The notes under the pieces are model-generated. The model was not told the origin of the DNA and searched no databases. It worked only from the letters and a program-made list of their open reading frames with translations. This document shows positions 17,014 to 25,020 of a stretch of DNA of 31,462 nt, piece by piece (positions within the stretch are counted from its first letter, which is position 1; each line of letters starts with the position of its first letter). Source of the DNA: a virus (taxonomy: Duplodnaviria; Caudoviricetes); the IMG/VR virus record IMGVR_UViG_3300025635_000107, positions 1-31,462 of that record. One strand, 5' to 3'. The translations under genes were made by a program, and so were the position numbers.

Positions 17014-17031
17014 TGGGGGCCAAAGCCCCCA
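17014..17031 (-). terminator. hairpin after the coat gene (no strong U tract)
   Basis: Minus strand TGGGGGC-TTTG-GCCCCCA. Confidence 0.55.
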
Positions 17032-17038
17032 CCAAGAC

Positions 17039-18241
17039 TTAGCCCCAGATGCGGCAAGCCATTTGCGGACGAATCGTGCTGTAGCCGTACAGAACGTCGA
17101 TACGGCAAGGCATACGGTCATTGTTGATGTCGTATTGACGAACGATACGCATCGAGATGCCGTTATGAACTTGACGTGACGCCATGTCGACGCCTTGTGG
17201 CATCAGCAGGTCGGCGGTAGCCAGCGTGATTGCGTCTTTGTGATAGACGAGGTTTTGAGCGTACTGGGTAGCAGCCGAACCCAACATGGTGACAACAGCG
17301 CCCGAAACAGGCAGAGCGTCAACAGTGGCCAAAGCCTGACCAGCGGAGTACAGAGCTGGGCTGATCGACAGAGTAGCAGTCGAGGAGCCGGAAGCAACAG
17401 CAGTCACAACGAACTGCTGCAGCGAACCTGTGGACTCACGGGTCTGTGGGTTGACAGCGTTAACACCAGCAATGGTGAACACGTCGCCGACGTTCCAAGT
17501 CTTGCTCGAACCAGTAAAGCTGATTGGCAGAGTGGACTGACCTTCGGTAGTGACAGTTGAAGTCACAGTGATCGAAGTACCCCAGCTACCAGTGGTGTGC
17601 TGTTTGATCGACTGAGACATGTTGACTTCATCGAAGCCCAGAACACCTGTGCCCATCATGCCGTTCTTGAATTGGCGGCTGATGGTGTCGGTTGGGTTGA
17701 ACAGACCTTTCATGCCTTCGACCAGACCGGCGTTAGCAGCTGGGTTAACAGTTGCGTAACGTGGCGACATCACAGCAGCGTTTTCGTTCAGTTTCTGTTG
17801 CGCTTGCAGCAGAACGAGCGAAGTCGATGGGGTGGTGCCGGGGGTGCCGACGGAATTGAAGATGTTCTTGTACGCATTAGCAACGTCAGCATCAATGGAT
17901 GCAGCCAGCTGCGAAATACGAGGCTTCAGAACACGCTCTGCAAAGTCATCCAACTGCATGGTGAGTTCGGCAGAAGTGAAGTTAATGCCGATATGCTTCT
18001 GCGAAGCCACCGACAGTGTGGTGTACTGTTCGTTGTCGTCCTGAGTTTGCAGGGCGGCACCGTCGGTCACCAAAGCGCGGTCCGGCAAGCGGATACGCAG
18101 AGTGGAACCAATTTTTGCACCTTCAACGGCGAACGAGTCGTCGTATTGGCGGTTGACGTTACGAGAGATTACCAGGTTGTTCTCAAGGATTTCGAGAGCC
18201 TTGCGGGTAATCATGTCGATGGTAAGAATCGAGTTTGCCAT
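17039..18241 (-). CDS. major capsid protein (P22 coat gp5 family)
   Basis: MANSILT...LENNLV...VNRQYD...KIGSTLRIRLP and C-terminal RIDVLYG; follows the scaffold gene. Confidence 0.93.
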   Translation of the reverse strand: MANSILTIDMITRKALEILENNLVISRNVNRQYDDSFAVEGAKIGSTLRIRLPDRALVTDGAALQTQDDNEQYTTLSVASQKHIGINFTSAELTMQLDDFAERVLKPRISQLAASIDADVANAYKNIFNSVGTPGTTPSTSLVLLQAQQKLNENAAVMSPRYATVNPAANAGLVEGMKGLFNPTDTISRQFKNGMMGTGVLGFDEVNMSQSIKQHTTGSWGTSITVTSTVTTEGQSTLPISFTGSSKTWNVGDVFTIAGVNAVNPQTRESTGSLQQFVVTAVASGSSTATLSISPALYSAGQALATVDALPVSGAVVTMLGSAATQYAQNLVYHKDAITLATADLLMPQGVDMASRQVHNGISMRIVRQYDINNDRMPCRIDVLYGYSTIRPQMACRIWG

Positions 18242-18262
18242 GATTTATATCCTAAAAAAAAG

Positions 18263-19039
18263 TTAGCGATTACGTTGAGCTTCCCACTTTTTGATTTGAC
18301 GCTGGCGCTCTGCCTCAATCCACTCTGACGTACTCATGTTCTTGATAGAACGTGGGTCAGTTGTGTCATAAGACGGCGCGCCAGTGCCACGACCGCTAAT
18401 CGGTGCTATCGGAGGTGGGGCGCTAGTTGTTTTCTTTAAAACCGGTTCTGAAGCAATCTTAGCTTCTAGTTTGCCGATTTCTTTGGCCTGCAGAATAGGC
18501 GATAAGCGTGAAATCCGGCTAGCTTCGCTTGGGTGCGAACCCAAGTAATACGCTAGTTCGGGGCCGACATCAGACGATTGAATAGTCTCAGCCATCTCTC
18601 TCGTAATCGGCAGTGCGGGGTTGTATGCGACTTGTTCAAAGTCCTCATACTTAGTCCGCGCGTCCTCTTCACGATCCTGATATGCCTCAAGCATACTCAT
18701 GCGTTCGCGATCAGCTTCACGTCTGGCGAGCAATTCTTCTGCTTTACGAACCGCCAATGCTTCGGCGTATTCATCGACAGAGTTAAAATTCTCAACCGGT
18801 GGGAGTTCGGCAGGTGCGGCAGGCGCTTCTTGCGCTCGACGTGCCTGTTCTCTTTCCCACTTACGCTGTTCTCTTGCAAGCCGCTTGCCAATCGCAGCAT
18901 CGAGCTCTTCTTGTGTGAAGACTTTAGCTGGTTTTGGCTCTTCAGTTTCCGGCGCAACTGCTTCGGGTTCCGGTACTGCCGTCGGTTCCGGTTCCGGCGC
19001 GGGCACTGCCGCTAGTTCATTTTGTACTTCGTCAGACAT
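18263..19039 (-). CDS. scaffolding protein
   Basis: Acidic Pro-rich N-terminus, coiled coil, GPELAYYLG, EIGKLEA, APPPIAP, MSTSEW; directly upstream of the coat gene. Confidence 0.82.
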   Translation of the reverse strand: MSDEVQNELAAVPAPEPEPTAVPEPEAVAPETEEPKPAKVFTQEELDAAIGKRLAREQRKWEREQARRAQEAPAAPAELPPVENFNSVDEYAEALAVRKAEELLARREADRERMSMLEAYQDREEDARTKYEDFEQVAYNPALPITREMAETIQSSDVGPELAYYLGSHPSEASRISRLSPILQAKEIGKLEAKIASEPVLKKTTSAPPPIAPISGRGTGAPSYDTTDPRSIKNMSTSEWIEAERQRQIKKWEAQRNR

Positions 19040-19043
19040 TGTC

Positions 19044-19081
19044 GATTCCTAAAGAATCCCAGGTGTGCCGCACCTGTGCGG
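19044..19081 (-). promoter_or_regulatory. structured 5' leader of the scaffold gene
   Basis: Minus strand CCGCACAGGTGCGGCACACCTGGGATTCTTTAGGAATC: overlapping alternative stems plus a GATTC/GAATC stem over the AGGA RBS. Confidence 0.45.
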
Positions 19082-19090
19082 TATTTCGAT

Positions 19091-19357
19091 TTACTCGTAA
19101 ATAACTGTTGCGTTTACTGTACCACTGATTACAACATAAATGCCATTTTTAGCATACGCGCCGTCGAGCGGCAGCAGGTATGACGTGGCAGCAGCCGGCG
19201 TGAACGTTCCCAAAATCGTGGTAGTCGTGGTCGCTGCAGCTGAGTCGTAGACAGTAATGGTCGGGGTGCTAGAAGCTGCGCTGACAAAAATACCCTTCAG
19301 CTTACCCGCCATCGGTTTAATGTTGGCCGAAGCCGTGATATAGGTGTAATTTGCCAT
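19091..19357 (-). CDS. hypothetical virion-associated protein
   Basis: GAGG RBS; small beta-rich ORF in the head module. Confidence 0.7.
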   Translation of the reverse strand: MANYTYITASANIKPMAGKLKGIFVSAASSTPTITVYDSAAATTTTTILGTFTPAAATSYLLPLDGAYAKNGIYVVISGTVNATVIYE

Positions 19358-19365
19358 GTTTTACC

Positions 19366-19728
19366 TCAAGCAAGAAACTTCAATTTATAGAGCGTTGACA
19401 TGTACAGCCCTTCAATTTCGTCGATGATATTGTGGATTGCCGTGCATTCCTTATCGACGACCTTGTAGCGCGCAGCATGTATTTCATCTAGCTGATCCTG
19501 CAGGAATTCCAAAATATTGCCCTGCTTTTTGGCAGACTGCAACGTAATTGGGCCGATCAGGCCGTACTTGCCCTGATAAGCTTCAGCAAAACTGTCCGCT
19601 AAATCAACAATACCGTCGTAAAACTTCTGCAACGCCTTGTGTTTGGCGTAACTGCGGGTGTTCAGATGCACTGAATGAGCCACATCACGACCCAAAAACA
19701 GCGTACCTACAAAGTCTGCGGCGTTCAT
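19366..19728 (-). CDS. ferritin/Dps-like four-helix protein
   Basis: H..H...SYAKHKAL..FYD....D..AEAYQG...NIIDEI...YKL pattern; ATGA overlap with the portal stop. Confidence 0.7.
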   Translation of the reverse strand: MNAADFVGTLFLGRDVAHSVHLNTRSYAKHKALQKFYDGIVDLADSFAEAYQGKYGLIGPITLQSAKKQGNILEFLQDQLDEIHAARYKVVDKECTAIHNIIDEIEGLYMSTLYKLKFLA

Positions 19729-22004
19729 ACCATTGGCTCCTGAGGCGGCATATTCATCATTTCTGGCGGCATTTCAGCCGATTCAGGTGGGATCATACCC
19801 ATTTCAGGCGGCATTTGCTGCATTTCTTGCGGCATTTCCTGCGGCATGGCCATGTCGCCCATCAGCTGCTGGCTCTGCTGCTGCATCACCAAGTCACCTG
19901 TGGTCATCACATCACGCAGAGTCTGCATGACGACTTCTTGCACCTGTTCGGGATTCATAGCGCCAGATATGGCAGTCAGCCGCTGTGTCTCAGCCTGATA
20001 CGCCTTGATCTCGGCCTCGAAGTTCTTGCGCTCCAAGTCCTGCACCTCGACCGACTTGCCGACGTTTTGCAGCATCTGCTGGAGCTGATCCAGCTCTTGG
20101 CCCATCGCCTCGATCTGCTGCTTGGCCATCTGCATCTCGGGGCTGTCGTCCGAACCATCGCCCAGCACTTTCGGGTCGATGACGCGAGCAAACCGTTCGG
20201 CCATCTCTTGTGCGCCTGGCCAATCCATGTTCTTGATGAACAGGTCGCCGGCGACTTGCCAGAGCTGCGGGTTGGACTGCAGGATCATGCCCATCGCGTC
20301 CAGTGCCTCCTGACGCTTGGTCATGTAGGACGGGCCGGTGGTCACCACGACGTCGTACTTACCTACGCCGGGGTTGTATATCTTGTCGATCTCGATGTTG
20401 TTCTGATCCACGATCTTCTTGACTGGCATTGGCTGGGTGGGGTCGAGCTTGACCATGTCGGTGTCGCCGTCCACGCCAATAATGCGGGCAACCCGCTGGG
20501 TGTCGTAAATCTTCGGGATCAGGTCAACAATCTGGCGAGTGACGTGCCTAATAGCCCGTGCCAGATTGTCCACGTAATGATAAGTGCCAGTGTCAGACTG
20601 ACGCTCGCGCGCCATAATCGCCTTGCCCGAACGCTCATTCGATGTCGCTCCAAGACTAGTGTCGTACTGCCCCGTGGTCGACTTGATGTCGTCTGAGGCG
20701 CCCATCTTGGCCTGAATCAGGCCGGTCTGCGGCAGCGGTGGGGCGGCACGTTGTGGCAGCGGCAGGACAGCTCCAGAGCCGTCTGTTACGTCTGGATTGA
20801 CCTCCAGATACGGCCAGTTCTGCGTGTTGGCCGTCTTCCACTGCATCTCGTAGCCTTCAAACTGGCCACCATAACCAATGAATGGCGCTTTGGGTGCCAA
20901 GGCTAGCATCTCGGCCTCTTGGCTCGTCCAGTAGTTGTACATGCGCTGGGCGTCTTTAGCATTACGCACCAGACCCGACACGTACAGCTTGCCGTCAACT
21001 TCAAACTCGTTACCAATGACGCGCACGACCGGGATCCACTTGCCGATCCAATCCTGCTCTTCCAACATCTCGTAGCCGTTGGTTTTGCACCACTTGACCC
21101 GCTTGGCGTGTACCTGACGCTTACGCACAGGCTTGACACCCATCTGCTTCATCTGGCGAGCTTCGGGCGAACCTTCAAAAGCTGTCACGTTGCCGGGGTA
21201 CAGGTTCAGTGTCGCGTTGTCGTACTCGACGTAGTAATACTCAGCAATACGCACGGTGTCCTGGTTGATCCAGACCGAGATCGATTGGTCGCCCACACCC
21301 TGCGCCTGCAAGGTCGAGATAGGGCTTGCGTTGGGGAACATGCGCTCGTACTCGGCGCGTTGCAGGTCTTCGGTAATGAAGCACCACTTAGCATCTGCAC
21401 CGCAGGGGTCTTGGATGGTGGGGTCCATGTAGACCGAAAACGAGTTGCGTACCCGTGCGATCTTGATGTCTTGATCGAACGTGTCGTCGTCGCAATACTC
21501 GGTCAGGATGCGGATGTAACCTTCGCCGTAGCTTACTTGGTTCTCGCAGGCGGTGTCGTAGGCAACGTCGGCATCCGAGATGTACTCGATGTGCCTGACC
21601 ATGCCGTTGTAGATTTCGGCGACTTCTGGGTCGGCGTTGTCGTCAGCGGGTATAACTTTGCCGCTCGGACGGTTTTGTCTTTGGTCGTTCGTGACTTGTC
21701 GGACATGTTGCGGCAGCTTGTTGATCGTCAGTGTCGGACGGGCGTTGATCGTCTGCCCTTGCACTGCACCACGGGTGGCCAGAACATCTGCCGGCCACTG
21801 CCAGTGGTTGTCCGGCGAGCCTGCATAGAAGCGCAGGTCGTCTAGTTCGTCTTCTCGGCTCTCAGACAGCGCAGAAATCGCCATTTGCAGGCGCTTTCGC
21901 ATGGTCGACAACACATCCTGTGTGTCTTTTTTGATGTCGTCGGGCGGTGGATTTCCACCGATATCGGCGACTTTTGCTGCCTTATTTATGCCGGTATAGT
22001 CCAT
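19725..22004 (-). CDS. portal protein (P22-like)
   Basis: 759 aa; RPTLTINKL, GEGYIRI, GLVRNAKDAQRMYNY, SGKAI, GKYDVVVTTGPSY motifs; C-terminal helical barrel. Confidence 0.93.
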   Translation of the reverse strand: MDYTGINKAAKVADIGGNPPPDDIKKDTQDVLSTMRKRLQMAISALSESREDELDDLRFYAGSPDNHWQWPADVLATRGAVQGQTINARPTLTINKLPQHVRQVTNDQRQNRPSGKVIPADDNADPEVAEIYNGMVRHIEYISDADVAYDTACENQVSYGEGYIRILTEYCDDDTFDQDIKIARVRNSFSVYMDPTIQDPCGADAKWCFITEDLQRAEYERMFPNASPISTLQAQGVGDQSISVWINQDTVRIAEYYYVEYDNATLNLYPGNVTAFEGSPEARQMKQMGVKPVRKRQVHAKRVKWCKTNGYEMLEEQDWIGKWIPVVRVIGNEFEVDGKLYVSGLVRNAKDAQRMYNYWTSQEAEMLALAPKAPFIGYGGQFEGYEMQWKTANTQNWPYLEVNPDVTDGSGAVLPLPQRAAPPLPQTGLIQAKMGASDDIKSTTGQYDTSLGATSNERSGKAIMARERQSDTGTYHYVDNLARAIRHVTRQIVDLIPKIYDTQRVARIIGVDGDTDMVKLDPTQPMPVKKIVDQNNIEIDKIYNPGVGKYDVVVTTGPSYMTKRQEALDAMGMILQSNPQLWQVAGDLFIKNMDWPGAQEMAERFARVIDPKVLGDGSDDSPEMQMAKQQIEAMGQELDQLQQMLQNVGKSVEVQDLERKNFEAEIKAYQAETQRLTAISGAMNPEQVQEVVMQTLRDVMTTGDLVMQQQSQQLMGDMAMPQEMPQEMQQMPPEMGMIPPESAEMPPEMMNMPPQEPMV

Positions 22005-22352
22005 TTACTTCATCTTTTTTGGTTGTGGTCGCGCGTTATAGTCACGCAAATCCTGCTCCATAATGCCGTGCAGGCGCTGTTCAGCGGCCAATGCTTCTTC
22101 AACTGTTGGGTAGATGGGGAACTTTATGCCGGATTTTATGGCAAAACGCATGGCTTGGGGAATATCTCTAACCTGCCCATGCCAGTAAGTTGGTAGGATC
22201 ATATGGCCGCCATCGGCGCCTACAACCGACCCTTTGAACGTCGTAATTGACCCATCGGGGTTCTTCATCCCCCGGTTCTGGTACAGGTTTGACCTGTGGT
22301 AGTCAATGACTGCTTGTTCGTCGGGCGAGAGATCCATTTACTTCATCTTTTT
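22000..22352. repeat. 20-bp exact direct repeat TCCATTTACTTCATCTTTTT
   Basis: Copies at 22000-22019 and 22333-22352. Confidence 0.9.
22005..22337 (-). CDS. hypothetical protein flanked by a 20-bp direct repeat
   Basis: 110-aa ORF abutting both neighbours exactly. Confidence 0.75.
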   Translation of the reverse strand: MDLSPDEQAVIDYHRSNLYQNRGMKNPDGSITTFKGSVVGADGGHMILPTYWHGQVRDIPQAMRFAIKSGIKFPIYPTVEEALAAEQRLHGIMEQDLRDYNARPQPKKMK

Positions 22353-22484
22353 CGCTGGTTTGGCGGCTGCGCGCTTGGTCGCATACGCGATAGCCACACT
22401 TTGTTTCACCGATTTTCCGGATTTTACCTCAGCGGCTACATTTTTCCGGAAGGCGTCTTTGCTAGATGACTTTACGAGCGGCAT
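22338..22484 (-). CDS. small basic protein, 48 aa (MPLVKSSSKDAFRKNVAAEVKSGKSVKQSVAIAYATKRAAAKPAKKMK)
   Basis: Translated by hand; tiles exactly between its neighbours. Confidence 0.75.
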   Translation of the reverse strand: MPLVKSSSKDAFRKNVAAEVKSGKSVKQSVAIAYATKRAAAKPAKKMK

Positions 22485-22485
22485 C

Positions 22486-22641
22486 TTACTTCCCCTTTTT
22501 AGCCGTTTTGGCCGATTGCTTGAAGTCTTTGTTAGTCGGCGCGCCAGGCGAGCCGGGTTTGCGCATTTTTTCGCCCGATCCGGCCTTAATCCGCTCGCGT
22601 TTAGCGTGAATGTTCGCGTACAGCCCAGGTTTAGTCGCCAT
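22486..22641 (-). CDS. small basic protein, 51 aa (MATKPGLYANIHAKRERIKAGSGEKMRKPGSPGAPTNKDFKQSAKTAKKGK)
   Basis: Translated by hand; tiles between its neighbours with 1-2 nt gaps. Confidence 0.75.
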   Translation of the reverse strand: MATKPGLYANIHAKRERIKAGSGEKMRKPGSPGAPTNKDFKQSAKTAKKGK

Positions 22642-22643
22642 AA

Positions 22644-22904
22644 TCAGCACTTCCATCGTTTAAGTGACGCTTTCGCGCGTTCGCCGTCTTTAGCCTTGGC
22701 AGCAACGGCCCCCATTCTGGCGCAGAACGACTTTTTCCTACCCTCATCAGCCTTTGTCTTCGGGTGCGGCGCCGGTGCCTTCAAGTTGCTGCCTGTCTCG
22801 CGGTTGTACTTCTCTCGCCCTTTGGCTGTTAGGCCGGCGCCCTTACTGACGGGCAGCTTCTCGCCCCGGCCAACGCTTAACGACACACCTTTTTTCGTTG
22901 TCAT
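22644..22904 (-). CDS. small basic protein (GLTAKGR...RKKSFCARM...RWKC)
   Basis: ATG at 22904 forms a TAATG overlap with the terminase stop. Confidence 0.75.
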   Translation of the reverse strand: MTTKKGVSLSVGRGEKLPVSKGAGLTAKGREKYNRETGSNLKAPAPHPKTKADEGRKKSFCARMGAVAAKAKDGERAKASLKRWKC

Positions 22905-24442
22905 TACGCCCCCATCCAATTGGTCGCGGCGATTGTTCGCTGCTGATACCCATCGCTGCGCTTCGTCGCCCGCTCGTACCCCGACTCACGACTCGCCACC
23001 GGGAACGCGAACGTCACTGCCAGTGCGTCGGCGGCGTCCGGTGACGCGAGGCCACGCGACTTCATTTCTTTCTTGCCTTCCAGATAGATTGTTCCCGACG
23101 AGTCGGGCTTTTTCATCGGGCCGGTCAGGTCGGCTTTTAGTTGCCTATCGTTGGGGATACTGGCCGTTCGCAGCCAATCCTTCATTGCACCCCACATCTC
23201 AGCACGCTTGTTGCCCCACATGACGGGCTTGCTCGACTTCCATCCGAAGTTCACTCCCCGCACCTTGTAACGCTGTTCTTTTAGCCTGTCAAGTACCCCG
23301 TAGCCCAGACCACCTTCATCGATTACCGTCAGTGCTGGCCGGTACTCTTCGATGGCGTCAATCACCCGGCCAACGGTCGTCATGGTGTCCTCGCCGTGGT
23401 ACCGCTTGATCGCGACTAGATCCCGTCCTTGTCGGACGACGATGACGGTGGCGTCCGCGCCGCCGCGAGCTGGGTCAACGCCGACAACAATTGGCGCCGT
23501 CTCGTCCTTGTAGCGTGGCCGGTTGGCGGCATCGTCGACAGCAGACGCACCAATAAACTGATCTTCGCCAGCCGAAGGGAATTCACCGTAGACCTCAACC
23601 CTAGCCTGTGGCGAATCCTCGCCATATTCCGCAATGATCTGCTCATATATCTGCTTGTCCGTGTCCTCGACCGTTCGGGAGTCAATGTTCTCCGTGTGCC
23701 AGAAGTTACGCTTGGCGTTGAAGCACTCGTAGAAATAGCCTTGATTACGCCGGGGGTTGGAAAACGCAAACCAATACCTGTCTAAAATGGGTTCGGTAAA
23801 GAAGCCCGCACCGACCGACCAGATGGCGTCGGGGATACCTGAGGCCTCGTCGAAGATCAGCATCATGCCGTCGTGGTTGTGAACACCGGCGTAGCTGTCC
23901 GGATTCTCTTCCGACCAGAGCTTGCCTTCAGCCGCCCAGTAACGCGTACCTTTCTTCAAGTCGCGCTCAACCAACTCCGTGATCCATTTGGCAGGCACCA
24001 GTTTGGTTGCGCTGATCTCCCACCAGTGGCTGTTAATCACCATCGCCTGCCACTTGGTTAGCTCACCCCATGTCACGGATCTAAGCTGGGCTTCTGAGTT
24101 GGCGCTGACGATCACACTAGACCCGATGCGGGTGGACAGCATCCACAAGACGAGCCAGCTGACTAAGGCGGACTTACCGATCCCTCGACCGGACGCGACT
24201 GCAGTGCGTAGGGCGTCCATGTCAATCTGACCACGGTTGTTTTTAATATGGCTAGCTATCCTGCGCAGTATCTTGCGCTGCCAGGTGCGCGGGCCTTTGA
24301 ACTTGGCCAGCGGCGTGTTGGGTTGCCCCCACGGGAACGCAAACAACACGAACGCCTCGGGGTCGTCAGCGATGGTCGGCGCCCAGAGGCGCGTCATTAG
24401 GAGCTGCTCGCCCTCGGCGTCATAGATCGGCTGTTGCGCCAT
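22904..24442 (-). CDS. terL: terminase large subunit
   Basis: Walker A SGRGIGKS, Walker B LIFDEASG, FSNP motif, nuclease motifs GVDPARGGAD and SPDAADAL. Confidence 0.95.
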   Translation of the reverse strand: MAQQPIYDAEGEQLLMTRLWAPTIADDPEAFVLFAFPWGQPNTPLAKFKGPRTWQRKILRRIASHIKNNRGQIDMDALRTAVASGRGIGKSALVSWLVLWMLSTRIGSSVIVSANSEAQLRSVTWGELTKWQAMVINSHWWEISATKLVPAKWITELVERDLKKGTRYWAAEGKLWSEENPDSYAGVHNHDGMMLIFDEASGIPDAIWSVGAGFFTEPILDRYWFAFSNPRRNQGYFYECFNAKRNFWHTENIDSRTVEDTDKQIYEQIIAEYGEDSPQARVEVYGEFPSAGEDQFIGASAVDDAANRPRYKDETAPIVVGVDPARGGADATVIVVRQGRDLVAIKRYHGEDTMTTVGRVIDAIEEYRPALTVIDEGGLGYGVLDRLKEQRYKVRGVNFGWKSSKPVMWGNKRAEMWGAMKDWLRTASIPNDRQLKADLTGPMKKPDSSGTIYLEGKKEMKSRGLASPDAADALAVTFAFPVASRESGYERATKRSDGYQQRTIAATNWMGA

Positions 24443-24869
24443 TCGTCACTTTAGTGGGTAGCTGTTGAGGTTTCTGTTCCGTAATCAGCCCGTCGATGAC
24501 GCGCTCTTGTGCCTGCTGCAGCGCCTGCGTGATGCTGATCTTGTTCGTGATGTCGACGCTAATCTCTTGGCGGGCCGTCCAACCGTGGCTGTGCTGCAGG
24601 ATCGCGAGCGCCGCCTTGCTGTCGCCAGCGCGGGCTGCTTCGCGCAGGTGGCTACTTGCCTCCATCTCACTGTCGGCGCGGCCTTTCATGGCGGCCATGT
24701 CCGCAGCCGGGTCAAGCTCGCACAGCTGCCTGAACTCGGTGGGCAGCATACCAGCAGCCAGCGCGAGCGAGTCGCCCTTGAGTCCAAGCGCAGCCGCGTC
24801 ATAGATGGCCTGCAGCCTGGCTTCGGTCGCCTCGACTTTGCGCGGGGTGAACGGGATGGATTTGAACAT
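24420..24869 (-). CDS. terS: putative terminase small subunit
   Basis: 149-aa helical protein directly upstream of and overlapping terL. Confidence 0.7.
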   Translation of the reverse strand: MFKSIPFTPRKVEATEARLQAIYDAAALGLKGDSLALAAGMLPTEFRQLCELDPAADMAAMKGRADSEMEASSHLREAARAGDSKAALAILQHSHGWTARQEISVDITNKISITQALQQAQERVIDGLITEQKPQQLPTKVTNGATADL

Positions 24870-24875
24870 GGCTGC

Positions 24876-24903
24876 ATATTAGCGCATTTGCGCGTGATGT
24901 CAA
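24876..24903 (-). promoter_or_regulatory. sigma70-type promoter of the terminase/late operon
   Basis: Minus strand TTGACA-16 nt-TAATAT, then 6 nt to the ATG at 24869. Confidence 0.65.
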
Positions 24904-24905
24904 TT

Positions 24906-24923
24906 TGTGGGCAATGTGGGCTA
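24906..24923 (+). repeat. 9-bp tandem repeat TGTGGGC(A/T)A x2
   Basis: TGTGGGCAA TGTGGGCTA. Confidence 0.8.
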
Positions 24924-25020
24924 TTTTTCTGGTGGTCGTTGGCTGCGTGTAAAAAATAAAAAATTTTGTGCAGACCCTCCGTTTTCGTGACCGGCCAGCC
25001 GCCGGCCCCCCGCCCCCCAG

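Noticed and set aside
17195-18328. + strand ORFs opposite the coat gene
   Set aside because: Antisense shadows of a strongly biased, clearly real gene.
19548-21845. Long + strand ORFs 19548..20696 and 20919..21845
   Set aside because: Antisense shadows of the portal gene produced by its codon bias; no RBS and no protein-like motifs.
22306-23223. 305-aa + strand ORF
   Set aside because: Overlaps terL and three well-tiled minus-strand genes; the translation is not protein-like.
25000-25020. KOPS (GGGNAGGG) motif in the G-run
   Set aside because: The minus-strand run GGGGGGCGGGGGG lacks the required A.
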